A program made the translations under genes and the position numbers. Positions 28,601 to 33,922 of a DNA stretch of 64,000 nucleotides are shown here, one piece after another (the first letter of the stretch is position 1; each line of letters opens with the position of its first letter). A model generated the notes under the pieces. It worked only from the letters and a program-made list of their open reading frames with translations. It did not search any database and was not told the DNA's origin. This stretch comes from an uncultured Clostridia bacterium (lineage in GTDB: Bacteria; Bacillota; Clostridia; Christensenellales; UBA1242), in NCBI GenBank assembly GCA_944332185.1, contig CALVJJ010000004.1, positions 5,768-69,767 of the forward strand, given 5' to 3'.

Positions 28601-30890
28601 TGTTTGGAATAATGCACAAGGAGAAGCACAATTAGAAAATGAAGTAGAGGTCACAACATCTTCTATGTACTATGTAGGTGGAATTGTTGGACAATTAAAA
28701 GCAAATAATTATACGATCCATAATTGGACATTTACCAATTCTATTAGTAGTACTGATAAAGCTGATCTTGGTGGACTTATTGGATATGCAGAAGGAAATA
28801 TTGTAGTCAAAACTGTATCAGTATCCGATACACAATACACATATACTACCAAAGGAAAACTAGGTGGTCTGATTGGATATGTAAAAGGAGATGTAGACAT
28901 TCGTGAAAAGCTCAATCTATCTATGCAATTTGATAGTGTGTCAGATAGCCTTGGTGGACTAGTAGGTGTGATTGATGGTGATCTAACCATTGGTCTGGGC
29001 TTGAACAGTTGTGATATTACGATCCAGAATGACCTTTCTTCTACCAACATGGTGGGAGGCCTAGTAGCCAAAAGCAATGGACTATCTATTCTAAGCAACA
29101 ATACTACTATTACTTTACCATCTTCTATCAAAACAAGTGGGGATTATGCTGGAGGACTAGTTGGGGAAATTGATGGTGCTGTACGTATTACACGATCAGC
29201 ATTTACGTTACCAACATTAAGTACGATAGAGAGTAAAATATATGCTGGTGGTTTAATCGGGTATTTGAATTCATCAACGGCTACGATCAATAGTATAATT
29301 TATAGTGTGAGTGCCAATCTAACCATTCACACCACACAAGATGATGCCTATGTTGGTGGTTTGGTTGGATATGTTGGAGCAGCTGATACAACTTTAAGTC
29401 TAGGGGTTAATCAGCTAGTTGTGAGTATTGCCAATCGAAAAGCACAATATGCTGGTGGTTTAATTGGTTTTATTGAAAGAGATGTGATAATAGAAGCAGT
29501 TAATTTAACAATTGATCAACTTTTAGGTGTCAATGCTGGTGGGTTGATTGGTTCTTCCAAAAATAAGATTACCATTACAGACAATGTCACGGTGACCATG
29601 TTAGGTAAGTATACCAATTATAAATATTTTGGTGGACTAGTGGGCTATAATGGGGAATCAACAACCATCAATGTAGATGCAGTGTGTACAGTTACTGGAC
29701 TGTCCTTAACATCAAATACATCTTGTGGGGCTGCTGGATTTGGATATGTTGGGGTACTTACAAATAGAGGAACTATCAAGATTACCAATAGCTCTATGCA
29801 AACATCAGCTATCTATAATGGACTTGTTGTAGGTAGTACACCAGATAGTCTTGGTGGATATATGATAATTGAAAATAGTAAACTGCAGATGGCACAAAAA
29901 ACTGATTACGTAGGACTTATTGCTGGTAAATGCAAACAGATAAGTGCAACAGCAATCATCGAATTAGTGAATTCTAATCTAATTGTGCCAAATATGGATC
30001 CTTCCACTGGATTTAATTTTGAAAAACAAAGAACCAATCAAGAGCTTGTTAATCTTATTAAAAATTCTAAAGGGTTTACTAGTTTTGGAAATTTGTATAT
30101 TCAAAATACGAGAAATGAGTGGTTTAATGCTTCGAATAGATCATCTGCATGGTATGGAAAATATAGTTTTGATACAAAACTATATACGGATCAGTTCTCA
30201 CAATTCCCATATTCTATGGCAAGTGGATTAGATGATTCTATTGTTGTTGCTACTACAATGAATTTCAATACCGTAACCGATCCAAATACAGTCACTATTC
30301 GTGATTATTTCTCAAAATTTAATATTACAGAGAAAGATTCTAACTTTAATGTCTTCAATTCTTACGAATATAGATTTGGATTAGTAACAGGACAAGGACC
30401 TATCAATACTTCCCATATCACACTTATGAATTCTAAAATACAAAATGAAGAAGAAGAGAAAGTGTTGATTGGACAGTTTATGAAAATGATGTTTGCCTAT
30501 ATTGAATCAGGCTTTAGTGCTAGACAAAAATGGCTGGTAATGGATTACCATTACTATCTAGATGAGCAACAATTAACAACCACTTCTTATTGCTTTATTG
30601 ATGATATTGAATCTACCAAGCGAGATCATATTAGCAGAATTGAAATCATTTATGGATATAGTTCTGTAGCAATGGGAGATAATGAAAAACCAAATGATGG
30701 TGATACACATACATTTGGAAATGTTACTACGATAGATGATTCCTACATTCCAGAAGGAGGAAATTTTGTAGATAATGTATTTAAATTTCAGTATAGAATA
30801 AATTCATATGTAAGATATGGATTCTTAACTCAATTCTGTATCAATAGTAATGGAGATGATAGATTTACGTTATCGCCAGTTCAGTCATAA
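13587..30890 (+). CDS. giant surface lipoprotein, 5,767 aa: Big_2-like/beta-sandwich stalk plus about six GLUG-motif repeat modules
   Basis: Uninterrupted 17,304-nt ORF in AT-rich DNA. It starts with the lipoprotein signal MVKKLTLLMSIFLSTICLLAG|C. Big_2-like segments include YQPSGTNQKDVLYSI and SSNPNVVQVQEGTNAIVLCGIGQSEITV. I counted about 30 strict GG-x-x-G (GLUG-type) cores by eye, plus degenerate copies. RBS GGAGA. Confidence 0.95.
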   Translation: MVKKLTLLMSIFLSTICLLAGCGNPYARMSLDISEKEIVLYIDRKEDGQIETTSQTIDITVKGAKKGVSTDIVVENSIENIVSITTQKQDNTTSVTFTPSSQYIGGSADLVVRTKEGNISDVLHVTVFDKVKDIAFSPISYAVSVGGTVNLASYLTYQPSGTNQKDVLYSIAQFEQNPALHTYLSISDTGVISADENILKEAQDMLSYDADKGLYYVTVLVTSQYDETITCEQNEYIINTIKAQDVVVKSFSDQAEVVLTGTLQDLDLTYGTEQYTLENVPTYQVVLASNINTQMEYLYSRTIEFVLSEESAKIDSLYRMSLVQQKYLQNDDSFIKVTELARNTTPNEEYEYHTYRIDQIKNGHDTLLFKIDYITFEGMLTTYVALDVTVQNIATDIQASVKGESISTIHDNPNLAGYRTINVLNMLGDNLYQTTNVNIVTNYDKTNKNIPLYFNLVATEEVTNDVLNLVKSKIFICDKNGNQIPLDGTGYINNGDSFYIFHELSASDVQTVRDKFALVVKTVYDLNPVQGEEMNFPHQVEQTFPLTIHTNVSKEEIEVREELLVSLASYEELILLDAGIGVYTSNFTITSDQRNTKVEKIASQEGLIESRVLVDDKVLFYVYQKDGSVGENNYITVVANRDMYSGQTYLILNDDVHNWQFRVKVIVYAPLMYGELEEKTYFASSIPNEDYYKGQWIAVEKENINITFTAEDTRTYSSITSLKLATTSARDKNTIQEYVPIEVYNLVKVGEQIETINLLSMATVSYDRSYMYYEEGRIYPFNKQYTNEEKPLVLSFTVKGYDSNGQEIVLTYSIDILIVDIVQSFDVTTTKDVLYENSSLGAFDKAYSQDTIQLICYPHFVTGMTQVFAYQDAVVRSFVVGGTRVDITVSDLMTLDPNTGLLTVDYTKTAYGKSKVEQLLTLFGSENNVIQNIYQSPISVKIEGFIKQDSLDQLYASSYITLDYATKVDTIIVSGIDEQGVYLEMVDGNASSTYASKTISFSVMPTSALNKNLRIVVAEGTDIIRFADGQVDQNGRIQSVGNTLTFYPVKAGLIELKIGAEDSFEASSSVVGRYEPSTYITIRVKVADGSKAYPFEIANTQDFFNIANGYKMVSDVLTNEYHYMLAKNINLAGQVFTQHSLFGGVFNGSLTGLMQYTEDSAVQRSIYGYKVVSDTQQTRPYYGMFEQVGIDGILDHIVLTQTDVQYKTEQAETLYAGILVGKLDGKITQSYVSGKLFVENTTDKDTFVGGVVGLHSGYSAGDSVDQSTQSNNTNYSVSIAVTAPKAYVGGWAGSVQGQEESTHLSMIEGVNGFASIVVNPVKDTTSMSMAGGLAGVVLDATIGNAIIQPVIQADVVGGMAGATYNTQMDHITVELLDMADTNATYGLYGRKVTGGMIGLMDASTITFSYVRSYAKTNQIEQNGQTVSYIGDLVLDVDGQYLGGLVGSHEDAQNWADQYNFTLSTKNVITNIQQSYVDVSIRVYATNDPKVGSLLGSSYYYVDESYTENNTFLQYNYAKITTVEGVDVDNLTFVGNYKTTNQMVTIHKMKIVDTSVVVETQLTIDVISTDGNNTILTGQQVTGYTLPDTFADSVYNVASGLVEYYGASEKLNDVRQVTGRLTQEQAYIQKGSLTGEDTDSWYIRMQNLGNSELGYYLYEKDNTYFAIPSVVTIQDALYQITLDTSYEPVDVPLYAYVAEDVEGSAQYVDGMHTMYQYTKQNNTTIVLDAEGLMMTEMGIPSSMDSVWNTNSASRVLAYRENVLDSDTQTIDWTLLSQYIFYQNNNVSSGYILNDDLPVLVDQTNQKLLYNILPTSLIIQVSETVTDITSNHYFIKDDDTAIMYYNVLIDGPELDHNNVYYVGLQQLANQTVATYTLDVNQDFGGDNRVSVMSSNPNVVQVQEGTNAIVLCGIGQSEITVRSLLDASVYDTFTIVTTYGIRGIHLTDAEGNVITNQDTMVQYISEYYSYYHVATTNQVQQNGIVSYYQTEQNFQLQVTITGYTNTDTQSPAMDFGGKKITVQDGVILVDGQNQNTFLLSNVDQIAIKGMQIGQFSFSITPLILVNGKSYTLTGVTQSYAIDIANQATSIVFDKGATSTTFAIAGSGSSSELGVYLTTYHEADELSMNVYDYQGNVLNSEPIALSTFSSGTYRYLKINQINQDVLSTDSSSEIEKYHQLQLLFDQTAYLSNILSTLPEDSLNHQQYVLEFVCESNTDLIGTFHVNMQALSVSSIANYYYPSAQQKDQQYYPQENASTYLVPGRIGMFKTNVFPMLNNVDYFTMTVDPAYRQYIRLTQYYANMNTDGTAIANYTAYENTAYLPEFAGIQLEKLSQKTYSANSFAYSYTGDYYIGVTTSSDCPSGGQVVFTLTGYRYTADGSVEIVTDATTTISLDVVALPKVDLTIGGEKESILANGYEKQMNVSISNYDLINDGPVEFVIEVEEGGIWTSEGVQSKYMVTESYLFSILDGKVGDRVRVTAHIEKMLNGVMEESNSSVIFNVVAYEITNIFIQSYPSDQIELLNGTQNYLLGDFAYRGETNPTIVSNLRLLRYTWNGILSSSTGSRNNPFQYYDNGYVSVATQQENYLYNGSIRFMRSNTNNYLFVETAKVSTPLQFRIVLSYYYVNGVPTLYTNQVGVDQYYQLYYDFTITIKDNSSADKPFPIYEEEDFYALEGVTEGHYILMNNLELTGHTPFALQVDSLDGNNHKITLNGFDLNTYQSGSTANVGLFQSIDSETVLKNLIIDIHPLMTNLTTIQQVLGKVSTTPEQYENALSQVKLNFSGIQTVNFGLVAVTNNGTITNVNVVNISEETDKEYLFVYTSQDYLSGVRTNASVAGLVYSNGSNGVITNSFVGMNYSTKNDADTSIQNTITVNMAQYGEITNDTSSTATGSDTNGQIVEEKQKIRPFVLAGGKELSGLVIDNLGTIASTYVYGVGLLNLASLFNEVYTAGVVLYNRGTVFASFVEGMSTLTSTTETISTLPSTNIYRANKDYIIESTGMSGGFVYQNVGTIYDCYANIAVSTNSGRTGDFVFQNQGSIRNCYTTAISLENSKGSGAPADEIRTNHGVFTGIGTDLTINNTGTYSGCYYLLLKNETESKIEDAFGIKGYVTGQDSQQTKSDYLNIDSYYGYSMGTNGSDYIWVMDTTGPKLAYSYTATTSMRYMNVSTSSSENGWNYIYFAAYSYGTTNNPILITSGEELVTSVINYANTIYVLPDGSVSGQQPTDESATLTPIFGYDNGGASKEEESASFSARSIRLVRSITISSTLINQTRINNRYLREVIFAGILDGNGMTVTIDNLNDELHQVSKENFGLFSQIGVFSSSNKAIVKNITFDLKGNVTSSNAHNVGMLAGSIYDATIIDVTVVGSEGVTISGLNAVGGIAGVIGGDSQLLNVRSSISVNSVYDTRITDKENSSDPDYDFAYHRYVEGDGKIDSTNVSYAGGIAGILDIDTLKQLLTYKDGKLAGVDLNLDSTDRTSMFITEQSSAKIMNLTVYGYVQIVAEHAGGLFGYVGTTSHVKHSTFEIDVETTQNIIGHNFAGGIVAENRGYLEEVYVDANAEDKEELDATLPSVSYGTTLFVDTNNQYPVAIGGIAGYNQGAIYNSYSKANVVNSTAFVAGGVIGIAEGVNYLSHVYTTAYAYARKVIGGVIGFVRENGSIQPTLIMDYVTGYNVWDNVTDKTTNNTTYTLLYNMYKEGYKDIETGKYSNFEVRMPQIGNQEYVVYDIEGGTTTRTLASSTYIGSLLGRVGRVSEDNVVPSVTASSMKDILYTRTNLPATESTTGTTIQSEENVLDTDEITTEIFTSNYATDEMTIYTSTSNYAYVNSMPNEKSKVSNNTDKIYFEDVYGIQKQYETLKNGLEFSLSTENGQYIKDEDVKNYLVLNQMASTLWVFDSISDGSRINSKYWSYDNVTKLPIMIEGVYSSNNIIENNTQYKSLLLQAAINNQTANKFYFVTKDITISDFVENAYDRRPIVFQGQLSGLLNENNNNKNTITLSKDATFNLIQNATIENLKFVVDLTQEKESLALTEYTNAHIAHGLFADYVYNSAIRNVDIEIKLPSSFSIGGQQDKVHEYLGLVFGYVVDSTIENVNITITNASTITGVQYSNFGVFAGGIRSSKVNTITVTSNVLTIAPDEYIDSSASGYSYGTDVTVGSFAGLVYTQSSLNNIQENVSLQVQPIVNNSSYRYYYIGSVAKVQNTTMSNYSVSGDITVTSATWITEGYVYYGRVAGYSSDTSINFTVSTTANLTYNPQGSEDTLYLGGVLGYASATTLRMDKEDELVDNIKQNIEVLESTKSIMIYAGGITGYSVKGNIQNIGVTSVLTLASTSSVYAGGITGYSKGVSMQNILFDGTITVGQEGVSSTQAYLGGLSAIEENNTVTSFVVMGTLQYIGTGNTYRMAGLAVTMNGEASAAKYSNGMVSPIFNTFNTLCKDGSIEPLYISCTATNRVDNTVKYPYELYLYEGMEDLGDISQSHTDHNGMRYVDFINTYYKSTIATTTTTTTNPSYIGKTFTVTMDQEGTRYNPTVITTNMTIGKDSNKYYLVDGAYAITLLETFNGVLIGKNTQDNVAYSSSSNLTNNGIIANIRFDASMIFTSNTGVLFNILVEQNEVDGKGQSSKGILTNENTGYIIDSGVVLDQVTTEGRDKIALLVYTNSGTIMNSYVVGNAFPSNAYALVANNTGRVLNSYYAGNVNSIISGGNYSNIKVNADAMGVPSGRTENNIQYLSTENLLNLGNSNHNFDTKTSLAYNNGYPYILGGMRYANTSYNNGEYVIYNQADWILTNHDLTGKETLQKVTITLQQNITLSVDIQPMNLKGSDTATITVDGNEKTITINSTMTASNGTWGLFGLVQNATITDLTVQWNKDRTLSSNNGITYAGGLIGQAEKVTLENVTVSNLTINDASTQYLGGVIGYGTNITIDKPVSVNNITLTQNNTASSLGAFAGEITNLDGEESITITNPTLKGNNIVGGAIGTITGDVSQVIQVTDGGSIQGGVSSIVGGVFGVWNNAQGEAQLENEVEVTTSSMYYVGGIVGQLKANNYTIHNWTFTNSISSTDKADLGGLIGYAEGNIVVKTVSVSDTQYTYTTKGKLGGLIGYVKGDVDIREKLNLSMQFDSVSDSLGGLVGVIDGDLTIGLGLNSCDITIQNDLSSTNMVGGLVAKSNGLSILSNNTTITLPSSIKTSGDYAGGLVGEIDGAVRITRSAFTLPTLSTIESKIYAGGLIGYLNSSTATINSIIYSVSANLTIHTTQDDAYVGGLVGYVGAADTTLSLGVNQLVVSIANRKAQYAGGLIGFIERDVIIEAVNLTIDQLLGVNAGGLIGSSKNKITITDNVTVTMLGKYTNYKYFGGLVGYNGESTTINVDAVCTVTGLSLTSNTSCGAAGFGYVGVLTNRGTIKITNSSMQTSAIYNGLVVGSTPDSLGGYMIIENSKLQMAQKTDYVGLIAGKCKQISATAIIELVNSNLIVPNMDPSTGFNFEKQRTNQELVNLIKNSKGFTSFGNLYIQNTRNEWFNASNRSSAWYGKYSFDTKLYTDQFSQFPYSMASGLDDSIVVATTMNFNTVTDPNTVTIRDYFSKFNITEKDSNFNVFNSYEYRFGLVTGQGPINTSHITLMNSKIQNEEEEKVLIGQFMKMMFAYIESGFSARQKWLVMDYHYYLDEQQLTTTSYCFIDDIESTKRDHISRIEIIYGYSSVAMGDNEKPNDGDTHTFGNVTTIDDSYIPEGGNFVDNVFKFQYRINSYVRYGFLTQFCINSNGDDRFTLSPVQS
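24963..25046 (+). repeat. in-frame 42-bp tandem duplication inside giant gene 1
   Basis: Units 24963-25004 and 25005-25046 share the first 11 nt (acagatgagat) and the last 15 nt (actagtaattatgct). They encode TDEITTEIFTSNYA and TDEMTIYTSTSNYA. Confidence 0.8.
26484..26602 (+). repeat. near-identical 26-nt direct repeat, 93 bp apart, in giant gene 1
   Basis: tatgctggtggaatcacaggctatag (26484-) versus tatgctggtggtatcacaggctatag (26577-), 25/26 identical and in frame. Both encode YAGGITGYS. Confidence 0.8.
28200..29950 (+). repeat. dense array of consecutive GLUG-type repeats (protein level) in giant gene 1
   Basis: Successive cores run YAGGLIGQ, YLGGVIGY, IVGGAIGT, IVGGVFGV, YVGGIVGQ, DLGGLIGY, KLGGLIGY, SLGGLVGV, MVGGLVAK, YAGGLVGE, YAGGLIGY, YVGGLVGY, YAGGLIGF, NAGGLIGS, YFGGLVGY. 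They are spaced roughly 20-35 aa apart, then continue as degenerate copies. Confidence 0.8.
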
Positions 30891-30925
30891 AAAAAATAGA
30901 AGGCCTTATGGTCTTCTATTTTTTA
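30891..30925 (+). terminator. rho-independent terminator of giant gene 1
   Basis: AATAGAAGGCC-ttat-GGTCTTCTATT (10 bp, one G.U pair) followed by TTTTTAT, directly after the TAA stop. Confidence 0.85.
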
Positions 30926-31080
30926 TCTTGTTGGTAAAAAGTATTCTAAAATATTATAAGTAAACTTATATGTAAGTAATTTTTATATGCTTAAGTAATC
31001 TTTTTATAAAAATACCATGCCTATCCTAGTACATCAAATATTACAAAATCAAAAATCGTCATGCATGATAAATACAAGCA

Positions 31081-31175
31081 AAAAAAGAAGACTCCGTCTG
31101 GGAAACAGAGTCTTCTTTTACGCTATATAAGATATAGGTAAATAAAAATGGAAAACATTTTAATCTAAAATGCAC
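31081..31175 (-). ncRNA. candidate small RNA (or degV 3'UTR) ending at a strong minus-strand terminator
   Basis: The minus strand has TTGACA (31203-31208), a 17-nt spacer and TACACT (31180-31185). About 90 nt downstream lies GAAGACTC-(13 nt)-GAGTCTTC followed by T7 (31081-31115). No convincing ORF or RBS lies between them. Confidence 0.3.
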
Positions 31176-31309
31176 TTATAGTGTACATGGGAAATTAGTA
31201 AATGTCAATACCAAAATGTAAAAAATTTTAATTTTTTTACTAAAATTGTGTGTGTTTTTGCACAAAACTATCATATTTTGTGATTTTTACCATTCTTATA
31301 TACTGATTG

Positions 31310-32131
31310 TTAGTAGGCAATCCCAATACTTCCAATCCCAATATGAGAGCCCGTAACAGGATTGACAGCACGAGTGGTAATTTCAATATCTGGTCTTTTG
31401 GCAGATAATTGTTGAATAAAAGTTTTTAAATACTCACTTTTATAAATATATAGTACATAAGCTTTTTTGATGGTTGATGGAATTCTTGCTATCATCTCGG
31501 TTATTCCTTTTGCCATACCAAATACTTTTTTGATATTAGTAAGGGTATTGGCTTTGTAATTCAAAATAGGTTTGATATTTAAGACACTAGCAATAGTAGC
31601 AACAACACCATTGACACGACCACCACGTTTTAAGTATTCCATGGTCACTGGGACAAAGTCAATAGAAACAGTGTCTTTATAGGCATCTATTTTTGCAATA
31701 ATTTCATCTACTGGACAATTTTGTTCTATTAAAGACACAGCGTATTCGACAATCATGTGCTGTCCTAAAGTAAGTTGATGACTATCTACTACATGAATAT
31801 GTTCGGGATTGATTTGGTTGGCAATCAGTTGTGCTGTAGTATAGGTGCCACTTAATTGGGAAGCAACACAAATCACTAATACTTCGTCATATCCTTCTAA
31901 AAAAGCTTTTTGATAAGCTTGTTCAAAATCATAAGGACTAGGTTGACTGGTCATAGGAAAATTCTTGCTGTTTTCCAAAGCTTGATAAAATTCTTCCCAA
32001 GTGTCTTCGTATCCTTCTATTCTACTGACATCATCTAATAAAGTACTTAATCTTACGACATCAATATTGTGTTTTTCCACAAAATCTTTTTCTAAACTAG
32101 CCATACTATCGGTAATGAGTTTTATTTTCAT
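31310..32131 (-). CDS. DegV-family fatty-acid-binding protein
   Basis: 273 aa. MKIKLITDSMASL... and the overall pattern are typical of DegV. The start is set at the ATG 5 nt after AAGGAG; the track's GTG start lies inside the RBS. Confidence 0.85.
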   Translation of the reverse strand: MKIKLITDSMASLEKDFVEKHNIDVVRLSTLLDDVSRIEGYEDTWEEFYQALENSKNFPMTSQPSPYDFEQAYQKAFLEGYDEVLVICVASQLSGTYTTAQLIANQINPEHIHVVDSHQLTLGQHMIVEYAVSLIEQNCPVDEIIAKIDAYKDTVSIDFVPVTMEYLKRGGRVNGVVATIASVLNIKPILNYKANTLTNIKKVFGMAKGITEMIARIPSTIKKAYVLYIYKSEYLKTFIQQLSAKRPDIEITTRAVNPVTGSHIGIGSIGIAY

Positions 32132-32257
32132 AATCACTCCTTATTATCATTGTTTTCTTTATAGTATGATACCATAGTTTTGAATAATTACCAATTAGTT
32201 TCAACTTTTTTAAAAAAAATAAAAAAATTTGTTTTGTGTCTTATTACATACGAAAAT

Positions 32258-32296
32258 AAAAAAGAACCTTATTTCATAAGAAACAAGGTTTTTATA
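32258..32296. terminator. terminator downstream of the MFS gene
   Basis: AACCTT-a-TTTC-ataa-GAAA-c-AAGGTT, with T-runs on both strands. Confidence 0.6.
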
Positions 32297-32306
32297 AGAT
32301 TGTGCC

Positions 32307-33524
32307 TTATAGCAAATCGTTTTGATAAATAAAATCCACAATTTTTTTACGAGATTTTTCTTCATTGATATTAAAGAAAACACCTGCACCCACTCCACAA
32401 ATACCCATAAGGAAGAAACAAGGGATCATACCCAGACCAAACATACCGACAATATTGACCATCGTTTGTCCCATAAGACCACTATATTCTCTGTCATAAA
32501 TAAGATCATTGCTACACCCTAAAATGCGAGTTTTTTCTAATTGTTGTTGGAATTCTATTGTAATCATTGCAGCATAACAAACACCTAAAATACTACAGAA
32601 AAATCCTAATACATACATATTCTTTGTAAAAGGTAGGAAAGTACAGGTAATACCTGATGCAATGCAAGCAAGTGTCATAATTGGGGCAGCAGCATGGTAT
32701 TTGCAGTATAAACCAATAAGAATGGCAAATACACCATAGAATAAATAGAAAATAGAACTATAGATCCCTGCTGTCAAATAACTAGAATGGCTAGCAAATA
32801 AGTATAAGTTTAACACATTGATGGTTTGATCCATGGTACTCGTGAGCAAATGCAGAACAAAATACCCAAGCAAAACATATTTTTTAGTTTGATGATAGTA
32901 TTTTAAACCTTCTTTAGAATTTTGATGATAGATGGTCGCATCAGTGGTGTAGTCTTTATTAAAGTTTTTGGTTTTTCGATTACGGAGATAGTATAGGTAT
33001 AAAGGCAGAACTGATACTAGATAGATGAGCAAAGAAAGGATAGCGACTATATTTTTATTTAAGTAGTCCATAAAAAAGCCACCAAACATTTGTGCAAGGA
33101 TAATGCCTGCACAATCTAGACTACGAGTCACTCCCATAATTCTAGTTGTTGTCTTTTGATTGATATAATTATGTAAAACATCTTGAGGCATGGTTTTTAA
33201 TGCATTGGATATCCCATAAAAAATTTCAATCATTGCCCCCAATACGAGTGCATTAGAAGAGGACAAGTAGATAATAAAGATGTACATGATGGCAAGTGGG
33301 AAAATTCTACATAGTATAGCAATTTGGGGTTTTCGTTTTACAAAATTACGAAGCAAAACATCAAAGATGACTCTACTAATTCGTTCTAATATCCAGTACA
33401 GTAAAGCAATATATAATTTCCCTGTTTGTTGAAAGACAATTAAAGGAATAAACGTGCCAATTAAAGTACACGCAAAATTGGATACAATACGATAATATTG
33501 AAATAAGGTAGATTGTTGTTTCAT
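32307..33524 (-). CDS. MFS-type multi-pass membrane transporter
   Basis: 405 aa with about 10-12 hydrophobic helices throughout. The substrate is unknown. Confidence 0.6.
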   Translation of the reverse strand: MKQQSTLFQYYRIVSNFACTLIGTFIPLIVFQQTGKLYIALLYWILERISRVIFDVLLRNFVKRKPQIAILCRIFPLAIMYIFIIYLSSSNALVLGAMIEIFYGISNALKTMPQDVLHNYINQKTTTRIMGVTRSLDCAGIILAQMFGGFFMDYLNKNIVAILSLLIYLVSVLPLYLYYLRNRKTKNFNKDYTTDATIYHQNSKEGLKYYHQTKKYVLLGYFVLHLLTSTMDQTINVLNLYLFASHSSYLTAGIYSSIFYLFYGVFAILIGLYCKYHAAAPIMTLACIASGITCTFLPFTKNMYVLGFFCSILGVCYAAMITIEFQQQLEKTRILGCSNDLIYDREYSGLMGQTMVNIVGMFGLGMIPCFFLMGICGVGAGVFFNINEEKSRKKIVDFIYQNDLL

Positions 33525-33776
33525 TTATTTAAGTCCATTTTTATGTTTATAGTCCATGGTAAGTCTGTCCATAATTTTAGGTAAATTCATTTGAATGGTT
33601 TTTAATAATTCCACATTCAGTTTTCCACTAGCAACAGATTTTAATCCATGATCGTTAATAATAAATGCCAAAATCGTATCTCCCTCATCGGCAACTTGGA
33701 CATCATTGAGTTCATTAAAAATAACAATTTTTTGTTTGTCTGATTTTTGTTTATCTGGTTGTTTTTGTTGTTCCAT
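33525..33776 (-). CDS. hypothetical 83-aa protein, translationally abutted to the MFS gene
   Basis: Its TAA stop is immediately followed by the MFS ATG. It has a K/Q-rich N-terminus and no recognisable family. Confidence 0.45.
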   Translation of the reverse strand: MEQQKQPDKQKSDKQKIVIFNELNDVQVADEGDTILAFIINDHGLKSVASGKLNVELLKTIQMNLPKIMDRLTMDYKHKNGLK

Positions 33777-33804
33777 ATCGACCTCATTGGTAATCTATTT
33801 ATAC

Positions 33805-33833
33805 ATCATACCATACTTTTGAGTTTTTTGCAA
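33805..33833 (-). promoter_or_regulatory. sigma-A promoter of the small-protein/MFS operon
   Basis: The minus strand has TTGCAA (33828-33833), a 17-nt spacer and an extended -10 TGgTATGAT (-10 hexamer at 33805-33810). Confidence 0.6.
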
Positions 33834-33890
33834 AAAATTTTTATTCTTATCGGGAAAAACCTATAAAAATTCATTTTGATTGTAGATAAT

Positions 33891-33922
33891 ATAAAAAAAT
33901 AAGAAAGAATTTCTTTCTTATT
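33891..33922 (-). terminator. rho-independent terminator of rubrerythrin
   Basis: An 11-bp stem (33898-33908/33912-33922) overlaps the stop codon. T7 follows on the minus strand. Confidence 0.75.

Noticed and set aside
13451-30231. Dozens of 60-140-aa ORFs inside giant gene 1, mostly antisense plus a few off-frame sense-strand ones (for example 28709-29131, 20163-20561, 13451-13861).
   Set aside because: All lie wholly within, or overlap the start of, a 17.3-kb uninterrupted sense ORF. They lack RBSs and have low-complexity, Cys/His-rich translations typical of shadow frames. The same applies to the ORFs between 47059 and 63765 inside giant gene 2, which are mostly antisense with a few off-frame sense ones.
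30800-30890. LPXTG sortase signal or C-terminal TM anchor at the end of giant protein 1.
   Set aside because: The C-terminus (...NGDDRFTLSPVQS) has no LPXTG-like motif, no hydrophobic stretch and no basic tail. Anchoring is inferred to be through the N-terminal lipobox only.
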